A DNA stretch of 64,000 bases from Pseudomonadota bacterium (GCA_029780075.1 JAKOZI010000076.1:2911-66910), one strand, 5' to 3'. Counted from the stretch's first letter, positions 50,878 through 60,484 are shown. Numbers and translations: made by a program. The notes: generated from the sequence alone by a model not told the origin.

Positions 50878-51570
50878 TCACATACCGAGAGACCGGAGCA
50901 GGTCGTCACTATCGTTTGCCTGCGTCTGCGGGGAAACGATAGTGGACTCCCCGGACTCCCGATTGGCCTGGGCGATCAACTCGTCCGGGTCGGGAGCCTT
51001 CTCGGGTTCGAAGTCATACAGTCTGATGAACTCGGTCCGGTCGGTAGCCAGTTCGAGGTAGAAAATGTTGTGACGGCCGGTGAAGAATGTTACCCGTCGG
51101 GCCTCGGGGTTGTCGAGGTTGGTATCCACGCTCAGCATCACTTGCTTGTTGAGAACCAGCATCCTCGGCTGGTTCTGCGTGATATGCGTCTGCAACTCAC
51201 GCTCGACCTTGCCGGTGAAGTCGCCAACGATCTGGTTCATCAGTTCCCCCATGACATCGCTGACCTCGTCCGAGGTATGAGAACTGGCCAGGCCTTCCTT
51301 CGACATGCCCATGTCCAGCATGTAGCTTTCGTACAGTTCCATGGCGGCCTGTGCCGAGAAGTTGATGACCACGAGGCCGGAAAAACCACCATCGAACAGG
51401 ACGAAGCAGCCGATATCCGGCTTCAGGCAGGTCTTGGTGATCCGCTGAGCCATTCCGGAGTAGTGAATCTGGCTGTTGGTTGCGGCGGTCAGCACCTTGC
51501 TGACCGAATTGCACAGGCTGATCAGCAGGTCCTCGGTGCCGAAAACGACGGGATTATTTTGGTTGCTCAT
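50878..51570 (-). CDS. DUF3334 family protein (CheX/CheC-like)
   Basis: 'CLKPDIGCFVLFDGGFSGLVVINF' and 'DVMGELMNQIVG' (ExxN). Confidence 0.8.
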   Translation of the reverse strand: MSNQNNPVVFGTEDLLISLCNSVSKVLTAATNSQIHYSGMAQRITKTCLKPDIGCFVLFDGGFSGLVVINFSAQAAMELYESYMLDMGMSKEGLASSHTSDEVSDVMGELMNQIVGDFTGKVERELQTHITQNQPRMLVLNKQVMLSVDTNLDNPEARRVTFFTGRHNIFYLELATDRTEFIRLYDFEPEKAPDPDELIAQANRESGESTIVSPQTQANDSDDLLRSLGM

Positions 51571-52193
51571 GATTGCATTGTCGTGGGTTCGCTATGGGAG
51601 AAGGCAGGCGGTGGGACTACCAGACGCCGCGCCGTTTCATGGTCTTTTGCGGCTTGAGGCTGGAGACTGCGGGGTCCATCAGCAGGTACACGAGCAGACC
51701 CTTGCCTCGTGTCGGAACACCGATTGATCCGGGTGGATTCCATGCTGGCGGAGACGGCGGCAATCCTCAATCTCTTGGGAAATTGTACGTCAATTTGGAG
51801 TGCACCACCCGCGGCGCCGGCTCTGCTGACCCCTCTACCGGGAATTTTTCCCGCTCCAGACAGGAGCTTTCCCACTGGCCGCAGTCGCGTCGGAACGACA
51901 GAATGTAAATCTGGAGCCCGACAGAGGAGTATTGACGACATGCCCGACAGAAATGCTGACCGGCCACCATGCCAGACTGTGCTGACCTCAACGTCATCCG
52001 ATTTGCGCTCCGGCATCCGATGCGAAGGGGCCCATACGAGTTCGCGCACGACCTTTGAGGCCGGCCGGCAAACCCCTTCCCCTTCGAACTCCGGGAAACA
52101 AGCCATCAGCACATTCGAGGCGGCGCTCCCCGGGCGACCCGATTTTCCGGCGGCGCAGCGCGCGCGCGTCTCGAATTGAGAAAAGGACTTCGG

Positions 52194-52946
52194 ATGAGAG
52201 ACGACAAACTGGAGCCGCATGTTGACCGCGAACAGCAGATCAGGGCCTTCGTATCGAGTGCGTGTGCGGGCGATATCGACGCAATGCGTGCCCAGGTTGC
52301 CAAGGGCCTGGACTTGAACAGCAGGGACCAGTTTGGCGATACGCTGCTGGAGATAGTGATCAGCGAACTCGAGTACTGCCCCGACGCCCCCAAGTACAAG
52401 GTAGTTCAGGAAATGTTGCAGCTTGGCGCCAACCCATGTGGTCTCAGCAAGGACGGCTCGAACCCTCTGTTCATGGCAATTCTGAATATGGACACCGGGA
52501 TGTTGCGCATCCTGCTCGATGGCGGTGCCGACCCTAATGCGATGTTGCGCATCACCCTCGGTGCCGGTGCCGACCCCGGTATGGTGGAAATCGAAACCGT
52601 TGGCGAGTCGCTCTACGATTGGGCGGATTTCGCCTACCGGTACGAGGTGTGGAGCATGAATCTGCCTGAGAGGGCCACCGCAGCCGAGAGATCAAACAAG
52701 GACGCCTGGCTTCGCTACCTCGACCGTCTTGCGGTGAAGCATGGAAAACGCCGCCCCGACCATCTGCGGTTATTGCGCCAGCGCGGCGCGCTATCGATGG
52801 CCGAATTGCACCAACGCCGCCAGGCCATGACCGCGCCCGCCCAGCATGTGGCATGCCCATTGGTCCGCCCTGACCAACGGCGTGACGCGCATCACAGACA
52901 TCCTCCACGCTTCCGGCAAAACCGGCAGCGTGGTGCGCAGCGCTGA
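52194..52946 (+). CDS. Ankyrin-repeat protein
   Basis: 'GLDLNSRDQFGDTLL', 'GANP...DGSNPLFMAI', 'LLDGGADPNA'; C-terminus looks like read-through. Confidence 0.8.
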   Translation: MRDDKLEPHVDREQQIRAFVSSACAGDIDAMRAQVAKGLDLNSRDQFGDTLLEIVISELEYCPDAPKYKVVQEMLQLGANPCGLSKDGSNPLFMAILNMDTGMLRILLDGGADPNAMLRITLGAGADPGMVEIETVGESLYDWADFAYRYEVWSMNLPERATAAERSNKDAWLRYLDRLAVKHGKRRPDHLRLLRQRGALSMAELHQRRQAMTAPAQHVACPLVRPDQRRDAHHRHPPRFRQNRQRGAQR

Positions 52947-52964
52947 TCCGACCACCTAACCGGG

Positions 52965-53339
52965 TTGTCCTCGCAGCTTGACGGCGCCAGGCGAGCACTT
53001 GTCGGTGTCCGCGCTGCACTGAACAGCGCGTTCTGCATCTGGCACCTGTTTTGCGTGTACGAGACCATCAAAGACAAAGGCTATGATCTCGACAAGATGC
53101 TGAGGCCCACCAGCGGCAAGCGAAGGCCCTTCAGAGTTGCCTGGCACGCCACCCTCTTTTCTCAGATCATGGTCGTGCTGAGGGACGAAGCCGGGTTCCT
53201 CGCCGACGATGAACCTCTGGACACCTGGTATCCTGACGGTTTTTCCGCCCCGGGATTCGCCCAGGTTTTTGAGCAAGAGGGTCTGTGGCAGGACCTACCA
53301 CAACCTGCCAACACCGCCTCACCGCCGACGAGCAATTGA
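52965..53339 (+). pseudogene. Hypothetical protein, probably the 3' part of a degraded gene
   Basis: Protein-like frame with weak TTG start; protein-like segment 'MWHAHWSALTNGVTRI' lies upstream in another frame. Confidence 0.35.
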
Positions 53340-53445
53340 AAACTGGGGTGGCGCGCTGGATGGCGCCACATCCTGAGTGCACGGTCTATGAACCGTGCGC
53401 AGAGTCAGATTGACTTGCCTGGCAAGCGCCAGACCAAGCCAGAAT

Positions 53446-53930
53446 TCAACAGCCAATGGAGAATCGCCGATCTGTCAGTTTCCTGCGTTCACCGGTCCAG
53501 TAGTCACCCTCGGAGGCTGAATGCGGTTGGCGAAGCCACGAATCCACCGCCGTGATCTGCTGATCCAGGGCATCACACTCGCTCTTTCTTGAATCTCGCG
53601 TGGACCTTTCGGCTTGTGTCTGCGAAGCAGTCTGCGATGCCACGCGCTGCAGCCTGGCCGCTTTCATTTCGTCGGCTTTGGCCTTGAGTTGTTCCAGGTC
53701 GTAGCGTGGCGCAGAGATCGCGCCAGCGACCGTGACCTGAAGTTCGGTTTCCTTGCTTGAGCAGGGATGATCTCGATAGGCCGTACCAGTCGCCCCCTGC
53801 ACTTGTAGATCAAGGAACCAGAAGGTCGTCCAGGCGTGGTAGAGGAACTGGGGACCGGATCGCGGCGGGTCCCTCCCGACGGTGGCGAAGGATCGACGCC
53901 ACGTGGCCCCGAGGTATCGGCTCCTCCCTG
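53446..53930 (-). pseudogene. DUF4124-like small protein, frameshifted and 5'-truncated
   Basis: 'LIYKCRG' and 'ATGTAYRDHPC' join if G5 (53793-53797) were G6; then coiled coil and terminal Cys pair. Confidence 0.55.
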
Positions 53931-53951
53931 GGACCGCTCAACTGCCTGACG

Positions 53952-54137
53952 CTGGCTGGAGTCTCCGCGCAGATCATGGGCCACAAACCTAGCGCCATTG
54001 CCGAGAAGCATTACCGCCGCCGCCCGCTCGACCTGTTGCGGATGTGGCATACCAAGATTGAGGCATGGATTCTGAACGAGGCAGGTATCGAGCAGCCTGC
54101 CGAAGATCGAGCGCCCGGCTTGCGAGTCGTCGCCTGA
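53952..54137 (+). pseudogene. C-terminal remnant of a tyrosine integrase
   Basis: 'GVSAQIMGHKPSAIAEKHYRRRPLDLLRMWHTKIEAWIL': box II His and catalytic Tyr; upstream RHR motifs absent. Confidence 0.85.
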
Positions 54138-54165
54138 ACTGCGCCTTGCCCTCCTGCTGAACTTG

Positions 54166-54183
54166 TGTAACATATACGTTACA
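54166..54183. promoter_or_regulatory. Palindromic operator of the TA operon
   Basis: TGTAAC-ATATAC-GTTACA overlapping a TTGCCC-N16-TAACAT promoter-like pair, 5 bp before the toxin ATG. Confidence 0.75.
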
Positions 54184-54188
54184 AACCC

Positions 54189-54515
54189 ATGTTTGAACTT
54201 CTCGATTATCAGACGGCAAGCGGACACGACCCGTTCAAGGAATGGCTCGCAGACCTTGCAGACAGGCAAGCGCGTGCAAAGGTGGCCGTCCGGGTGCAAA
54301 GGATGGCCGCCGGCAATTTCGGCGACCACAAGCCCCTGAGCGATGGCGTATGGGAATTGAGAATAGACCATGGCCCAGGCTACCGCGTGTATTACGCCCA
54401 AGCCAACCTGCGAGTGCTGTTGTTGCTGGTTGCTGGCGACAAGCGCCGGCAGCAAGCCGACATTGAAACCGCCGTCCGCTACTGGCAGGACTGGCAAAGG
54501 AGGAATGCACGATGA
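54189..54515 (+). CDS. RelE/HigB-like toxin (addiction module killer protein)
   Basis: 'PFKEWL', 'GNFGDHKPL..GVWELRIDHGPGYRVYY', 'GDKRRQQADI'. Confidence 0.93.
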   Translation: MFELLDYQTASGHDPFKEWLADLADRQARAKVAVRVQRMAAGNFGDHKPLSDGVWELRIDHGPGYRVYYAQANLRVLLLLVAGDKRRQQADIETAVRYWQDWQRRNAR

Positions 54516-54829
54516 AAGCCGCTCGCCCCCACGATGACGCAATGGTGGAACTGCTGCGCGAAGACCCGGCTTTTGCCGATGAATACCTCGCCGCCGCACT
54601 GGAAGAGGCAGAGGAACCCGGCGGCAGGCAAGCCCTGTTGCGCGCCCTGCGCCACGTCGCCCATGCACAAGGAATGCAAGAGGTAGCGGCACGCGCCGGC
54701 CTGCGCCGTGAGAGCCTTTCCCGCGCCCTTTCGCCCAAGGGAAACCCGACACTCGAAACCTTGCTGGCCGTTCTGTCTGCCGCCGGCCTGCGCCTGGCCG
54801 TGGCCCGAAGAGAGGAACACCCGGCCTGA
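54512..54829 (+). CDS. HTH antitoxin (addiction module antidote protein)
   Basis: 'EYLAAALE', 'GMQEVAARAGLRRESLSRALSPKGNPTLET'; ATGA overlap with the toxin. Confidence 0.93.
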   Translation: MKAARPHDDAMVELLREDPAFADEYLAAALEEAEEPGGRQALLRALRHVAHAQGMQEVAARAGLRRESLSRALSPKGNPTLETLLAVLSAAGLRLAVARREEHPA

Positions 54830-55253
54830 CCGAGCACCGCCGCCGCCTGACGGGCTCAGGCTTTCGGGACGGGCAGCGCGCAAACGCTGGCCCGCCCCTG
54901 ACCACAACGTGAAAATGGGTCACCTCATGGCTGCACAAAGCATAAACCATTCCGACGACACAGGCGCCCCGCCTGAGTTACATCGCGCTTGATGACTTGG
55001 CACGGCACTACAGCGACACCGCAGTAGACCAGCGGAGAAAACTCGCCGCCGCCCTCGCGATTTTTGCCTAAATCGCCAGAATGACGGACAACCCGGAAGT
55101 CGCGCGTCTCGCGGCTGTCGGTGTGGGCAAGCTGGCCAGGTAGAGCGACCGCTCAAACGCCAGCCTATCCTGCGGACGATCACCGAAGGACGGGACCTTC
55201 GCCCGGCAGGCTGGCGCCACTTTTCCCGTGAAGGTGCTCCGGAAGGAAGCCGC

Positions 55254-55395
55254 GTGTTTGAGCAAGAATTTTACTCTGCAACGGAGGCAGCCGAGCTGCT
55301 GGGGATTTCTCTGGAGGCGCTTGTCCGCTGCGCTAGGGACGGCAAAATTCCAGTTTGCTTTGACCATGGCGGACGCGTCGGCCTGTTTCCGACCG
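55254..55395 (+). pseudogene. N-terminal HTH (Xis/HTH_17-like) fragment fused to the mod remnant
   Basis: 'EFYSATEAAELLGISLEALVRCARDGKIPV'. Confidence 0.55.
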
Positions 55396-56087
55396 TGGTC
55401 GACACGCTGCACGCCGAAGCACAGGAACAGAGCGGCAGCGACAAGCGCGTGGCGATCGTCTTCGGCCCGGAGGATGGCGCGATCGGCTCGGAAACCGGTC
55501 TATGCCGCTGCCGATGAGGCTCGGGACGCGGGTTTTGCCAAGGTCTATTTCTTCGGCTTCGCGATCCAGGCCAAGGCGCGCGAGATGATCGAGGATCGCA
55601 GCCGGAAGAAGCTCCCCTGCGCTTTCATCACCGTGACGCCGGACGTCCTGATGTCCGGCCTGCTGAAGACCACCCGTGCCTCGGAGATTTTCTCGGTAAC
55701 CGGGCTGCCCGACCTCGAAGTGGAGAAGCTCGCGAAAACCGGCGCGAGTGGCGCGGCGTTGCATCAGGTCAAGCTCAAGGGACTCGACCTGTTCAATCCG
55801 GCGACGCTCGAAACCGAGGCCTACGAGGCGCGCAACCTGCCGTGCTGGATGCTCGACACTGACTACGACGGACTGGCGTTCTTCGCCACGCAGGTGTTCT
55901 TTCCGCGCACGAGCTCCTGGGACAATCTGCAGAAGTCGCTCAAGGCGCAATTCGACCCGCTGTCTGGGCGCATCTCGCCGGCACCGAGAGCGAACCGTTC
56001 GAACTCGGTCCGCGCCGCCGCATTGCGGTGAAAGTGATCGACGAACGTGGTAACGAACTGATGGCGGTGCGCGAGGTGAAAGCGTGA
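55396..56087 (+). pseudogene. 3' remnant of a type III-like DNA methyltransferase (mod) with two frameshifts
   Basis: Three frames: 'LHAEA...VAIVFGPEDG' / 'FFGFAIQ...CWMLDTDYDG..F...QVFFP' / 'SEPFELG...IAVKVIDERGNELM'. TGA overlaps the res GTG. Catalytic DPPY and FxGxG motifs absent. Confidence 0.8.
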
Positions 56088-58052
56088 GTGCTGGCAATAG
56101 CGCTGGCAGGAGCGCCCTGCCCACCGTCGACAATCCGATCATCAATTCGGCCTTCGCTGAACCCGAACGGCACTGGGTCATCCGCAAGGGCGCGACGCCG
56201 GAAAATAAGGCGGGTCGGCGCACCGCGAGCTACTACTATCGCGTTCCCGAGGGTGCGTCACGTGGAAAAGCCCGGAAGGAACAAACGCGCAAATTGTTCG
56301 AAAGCGACAAACCCGGCGAAGAAGTCGAGCTTCAGGTCGCCAACCAGATTCGCGAACGTTTGCAAAGCTGGCGGAACCGCAACTACGAAGGGGCGAGTGC
56401 GATCAGCCGCGAATTGCTGGCGCTCTGGCAGAGCGAGGACCGGCGGCAGCGGCTTTTTTTCGCGCAAAGGGAAGCCGCAGAGGCGATCATTTTTCTGATC
56501 GAAGGCCCGCCGGACCTGTTGCGCAACCTGAACGAACTGATCCCGAAAGATGAGCCCGGCCCGGCAAGCAAGGACAAGGGCTATCGGGCTTTCGTCCGCT
56601 ATGCGCTGAAGATGGCCACCGGCACCGGCAAGACGACGGTGATGGCGATGCTGGCCGCCTGGAGCATCCTCAACCGCCTGTACCGGCCTGACGATGAGCG
56701 CTTCAGCGACAGCGTGCTGGTCATCTGCCCGAACGTCACCATCCGTGACCGGCTGCGGGAACTCGACCCGCTGCAGGGCGAACAGTCGCTTTACGCCACG
56801 CGCGAGATCGTTCCCCGGCACCTGCTGCCTGAATTGCGCCGCGGCGACGTGATCGTGAGCAACTGGCATTATCTGGCGTTGCAGGAGTTGAAGGACGTCA
56901 ATGGCGTCTCCGCCAAAGTCGTGAAACGGGGCGTGCCGGTCACCAGGACGGTCGTGAAGACGATCGACGGACAGAAGATCGAGGTGCAGGAAACGCAGTA
57001 CCTCGAATCCGACCGACGCTTCGTCGACCGGGTGCTTGGCAATCGTCGCGGGCGCAGCCCCACTTTGCTGGTGTTCAACGACGAGGCACACCATGCGTAC
57101 CGGCGCGGCAATGGCGGCCAGGAAGTCGTACTCGACCGGGAACTCGCAGAGCGCAACGACCGCGAAGCAACCATCTGGATAGAAGGACTCGACCGGATCA
57201 ACAAGGTGATGGGCGGTCGTTCCGGCAGGAACGGCATTCGCCTGTGCGTGGATCTTTCGGCGACGCCTTTCTACATCCAGGGCAGCGGCAACGAGGTCGG
57301 CAAGCCTTTTCCCTGGATCGTTTCCGATTTCGGCCTGCTGGACGCGATCGAAGCGGGCATGGTGAAGATCCCCATGCTGCCCAGCGCCGACGTGACCGGC
57401 GACGAGCGTCCCGCCTACTTCAATATCTGGCGTTGGGTGCAGGAACAACTGGAGAAGGAAGGCATCACCGGCGAGCCGTTATCCCACGACATGCTGCGCT
57501 TTGCGACGCAGCCGATCAACCTGCTGGCGAAGGGCTGGCAGGAAACTGCGACCCGGTGGGCAAACGATTACGCCGAGCAGCGCCGCCTCTCGCCCGCACC
57601 ACCGGTTTTCATCGTCGTCTGCCGCGACACCTCGCTGGCAAGAGAAGTGTTCGAGTGGCTGGCCAACGGCAAAGCCGACTACGGTGCGGCCCCGGTTGCC
57701 TTCCGCAATCAGCCTGGCATGCCGGTTACGGTGCGCATCGATTCAAGGGTGGCCGAAGAAATCGAATCCGGCAGCGGCAGCGATGAAGCGCGACGGCTGC
57801 GCTTTGTCCTTGAGACGGTGGGGAAAAATTCCTGGCCGGACGGCAAGGTGCCAGATGACTATGCTGCCATCGTCGCCAGGAACAACGCCAAGGCGGCGAA
57901 CGACGACAGCAGCGCGGTGTTCATCGACCCGACGATTCCACCCGGACGCGATGTGCGCTGCATCATCTCGGTAGCCATGCTTTCCGAAGGCTGGGACGCC
58001 ACCACGGTCACCCACATCATCGGCCTGCGCCCCTTCGGCTCGCAGTTGCTGT
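56084..58052 (+). pseudogene. Type III restriction (Res) SF2 helicase subunit, truncated before motif VI
   Basis: 'NPIINSAF', 'FFAQREA', 'KMATGTGKT', 'DEAHH', 'DLSATP', 'MLSEGWDA', 'GLRPFGSQLL', then no QxxGRxxR and no nuclease domain. Confidence 0.85.
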
Positions 58053-58780
58053 ACATGTTTCGGGTTCATTTCGAGCCGAAGGCCGGGGGATGGCGCGCCA
58101 CGCACGCCGAGATCAACATGGACCCGGCATTCTTCAACGGCTCGCTGGAGGATGCCAGAAGCTCACTTCTCGCGGAATTAAACTACTACGCCACACCCGA
58201 GGCACACGAACCGCAGGAGGATGGCCTGGTCACTGCCCTGAAACTCGCCATGCAGCCGAATTACCTGGGCGCCCCGGCCACCGTGCAGAAAGCGCTGCAC
58301 CCGTTTTTCAGCAGCGTCGTCAATCACAAGCTCGGGAGCTACATACAGGACTTGGCAAAGGTGAGTTATCAGGACACCATCGACCAGAACCTGCGCGCCA
58401 CCCAAATCTTCAGTGGCGAAGAGCCGACGTACACGACGATGCCTACCTGGCACACCACCGCGGAACTCGGCAAAGCCGTCGTTCGCTACTTCGACCTTGA
58501 TCCCGATGACTAAGACGGCGAGAATTTGTACTGCATTGTGAGCGAAGGCTTGGCCGGCGTCTCGTTGCAGATCGGGAAACTCGTCTCAGCGGCGGTCAAG
58601 GACCAGCCTTTCAACCTGAAGGCGTTGGTCGAGCGGCTCAAGGAACTGGAGGCATTTGTCGGGGCAGTGCTCCTGGGAACCAACACGGTATCCATGCCGG
58701 GCCTGACGCTCAGGGATTATGGCTGGGAGAGCGAAGGGGTCGAAGTGGGGACGGACGATGAGGAGGGCGAGGATTGCGCC
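58053..58780 (+). pseudogene. Unrelated gene fragment fused in frame to res, interrupted by TAA at 58511-58513
   Basis: The same frame continues protein-like across the stop: 'FDLDPDD*DGENLYCIVSEGLAGVSL'. Confidence 0.6.
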
Positions 58781-59461
58781 ATGGAGGAAGAGGAACTCAC
58801 AGTGGATGAGCCCGAACCAGTACCGGGGCCGCACCTGCATCCGCGTCCGGACGAACAGGGCAAGCCTGTCAAGATAACTCACCCCAGCACCCCGACGAAG
58901 CTCGCCGCCTGGCATGACCCCAGCCAGACCGCTACGGTCATCCCGGACGGACCCATACCCACGAAGATCAACGGTATGCCTTTCCTATCCTGGGCGAAAG
59001 CACCGACCACCGACCTCCAATGGAAGAGCGTGCCGGGCCAGATGCTGGACCTCGTTGAACCAGCCTTTCACGTCGGAGCGGGTAAACACCCTGCCGCTGG
59101 CGTCGTCATCGAGGAAGCCGACGGCCGCGTGTGGATCGTTCATCCGACCAACGGTTACGGTGGCTACAGCGCGACGTTTCCCAAGGGCAGGGCCGATGCA
59201 CTCGGCTCTCACCTGCAGGCGGTGGCGATCAGGGAAGCCCACGAGGAAGCCGGCTTGCAGGTCGAGATCACAGGCTACCTGATGGACGTGGAGCGCACCA
59301 CGTCGGTCTGCCGGTACTACCGGGCGCGCCGTGTGGGCGGATCTCCGGCGGACTGCGGCTGGGAGTCTCAGGCCGTCTCGCTGGTGCCGAAGGCGAAACT
59401 GTACGACGTCCTGAGCAACGAAGTGGACCACCCGCTGGCGAAGCTCATCGGCGCCGGCTAA
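58781..59461 (+). CDS. NUDIX hydrolase with Pro/Trp-rich N-terminal extension
   Basis: 'FPKG...AIREAHEEAGL' Nudix box; GAGGA RBS before ATG 58781 (frame open from 58526). Confidence 0.88.
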   Translation: MEEEELTVDEPEPVPGPHLHPRPDEQGKPVKITHPSTPTKLAAWHDPSQTATVIPDGPIPTKINGMPFLSWAKAPTTDLQWKSVPGQMLDLVEPAFHVGAGKHPAAGVVIEEADGRVWIVHPTNGYGGYSATFPKGRADALGSHLQAVAIREAHEEAGLQVEITGYLMDVERTTSVCRYYRARRVGGSPADCGWESQAVSLVPKAKLYDVLSNEVDHPLAKLIGAG

Positions 59462-59479
59462 TTTTCCGAGGCAAGAGAA

Positions 59480-59803
59480 ATGTGGATTTTCCTGACCGAT
59501 TCATTTCTGAGCGTCGTCGACAAGGGCGACCCAACCGGCAACACGCTGCTGGTTCGCGCCCGCAGGCATGGCGACATCGAGCGTGTGTTCACGGAGGCCA
59601 AGGGCATCGAAGGCGCCGGCACGGACTACCGGTACCGGTCGCGCATCCCGCGCGACCAGGTCGCGAACGCGATCGCCGAATCGGTGCGCAACATCAATTA
59701 CGGGAACTTCAAGAACCAGGTGGCCGAGAACGACCGGCATGACGTCTACTTCGAGGTGTGGCGAGCCATGAACAGGTTCCAGGAGAGCCCGCGCCGCAAG
59801 TGA
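59480..59803 (+). CDS. Small hypothetical protein of the kind found in mobile elements
   Basis: GAGG RBS; 'MWIF..DSFLSVV', 'LLVRARR.GDIE', 'DYRYR', 'YGNFK', 'YFEVW'. Confidence 0.8.
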   Translation: MWIFLTDSFLSVVDKGDPTGNTLLVRARRHGDIERVFTEAKGIEGAGTDYRYRSRIPRDQVANAIAESVRNINYGNFKNQVAENDRHDVYFEVWRAMNRFQESPRRK

Positions 59804-60163
59804 CCCCAGCAAACTGCCCGTGTCCGAGCGCCGCCAGACACCAGCAACGCTGTCAGTTACCCGAAGCCCTGGACAGACCACAACCCGCTCGATCGGCAGC
59901 CGGTACTCTGCCCCGGCCCTGTTCTGGAGCCACCTGCTGGCGATCGCCCTGAACATCCGTCCGAACTGGCGAAGTCATCGCCTCGGGGAAAGCCTCGCCG
60001 ATCACAGAGCAAGCACCCGCCAGCGCCGTGCGTGCTTGAGGGTAAGCTGCGGGACCTCGATATCCGGACCAAGACACGGCACGCCCAATGGGCAAACCGT
60101 TCGCCACATCCGGCGGCGTCGCCGGGTTTTCCCTTGCCGGCGTTGATCGGGATTGCCCGAATC

Positions 60164-60184
60164 TGGCTACATGGTGGCTACATG
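60164..60184. repeat. 10-bp direct repeat, integrase arm-site-like
   Basis: TGGCTACATG-G-TGGCTACATG, 55 bp from the tRNA CCA end. Confidence 0.7.
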
Positions 60185-60197
60185 AAGGCCGGAGAGC

Positions 60198-60223
60198 AAA
60201 AAGCCCCGGCTTTGACCGAGGCT
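60198..60223 (-). terminator. Intrinsic terminator downstream of tRNA-Met
   Basis: Minus strand AGCCTCGG-TCAAAG-CCGGGGCT-TTTT. Confidence 0.75.
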
Positions 60224-60239
60224 AACTATTTGTTTTTTC

Positions 60240-60316
60240 TGGTGGTGATGGGTGGAATTGAACCACCGACCTATGGGTTATGAATCCATCGCTCTAACCG
60301 ACTGAGCTACATCACC
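60240..60316 (-). tRNA. tRNA-Met(CAT), elongator type
   Basis: GGTGATGTAGCTCAGTCGGTTAGAGCGATGGATTCATAACCCATAGGTCGGTGGTTCAATTCCACCCATCACCACCA; cloverleaf, G1-C72 paired, encoded CCA. Confidence 0.93.
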
Positions 60317-60484
60317 TTGGGCGAAGGATTATAGTGCGCTCTTGAGATCATGGTCAATACTTCCTGGCGATCAACCCGAGCACCGCGACCGCAGTGTCGG
60401 CGCGCTCTCCCCGGCAGGTTCCGGCTGTCTGGTACTGGATCGGTGGCGTGCTAGAATCGCGCCCCGACCCAGCCCTTGTCCGCG

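Larger units (their letters stand above)
53952..60239. mobile_element. Degenerate tRNA-Met-associated integrative island (left limit uncertain)
   Basis: Integrase tail, TA pair, broken R-M genes, NUDIX cassette, and att-type repeats beside the tRNA 3' end. Confidence 0.75.

Noticed and set aside
50650-51657. 335-aa plus-strand ORF as a real gene
   Set aside because: Only the first ~60 aa are the SBP relic; the rest is antisense to DUF3334.
51571-52190. Sigma-54 promoter, CGACAGA repeats or a gene upstream of DUF3334
   Set aside because: The best candidate has GG-N9-GC, the three heptamers are unevenly spaced, and the ORFs here are not protein-like.
53664-54950. 428-aa minus-strand ORF and other long antisense ORFs (e.g. 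18436-20202, 35406-37265, 43219-45072)
   Set aside because: Shadow frames of real genes in GC-rich DNA, with no motifs. Only the IYKC piece of the first belongs to a pseudogene.
56084-58513. Functional type III restriction-modification system
   Set aside because: Mod lacks catalytic motifs and is frameshifted; Res lacks motif VI and the nuclease domain.
60240-60316. tRNA-Ile2 or initiator tRNA-fMet
   Set aside because: No C1-A72 mismatch or GGG/CCC anticodon stem (fMet), and no C4-G69/C5-G68 pairs (Ile2).
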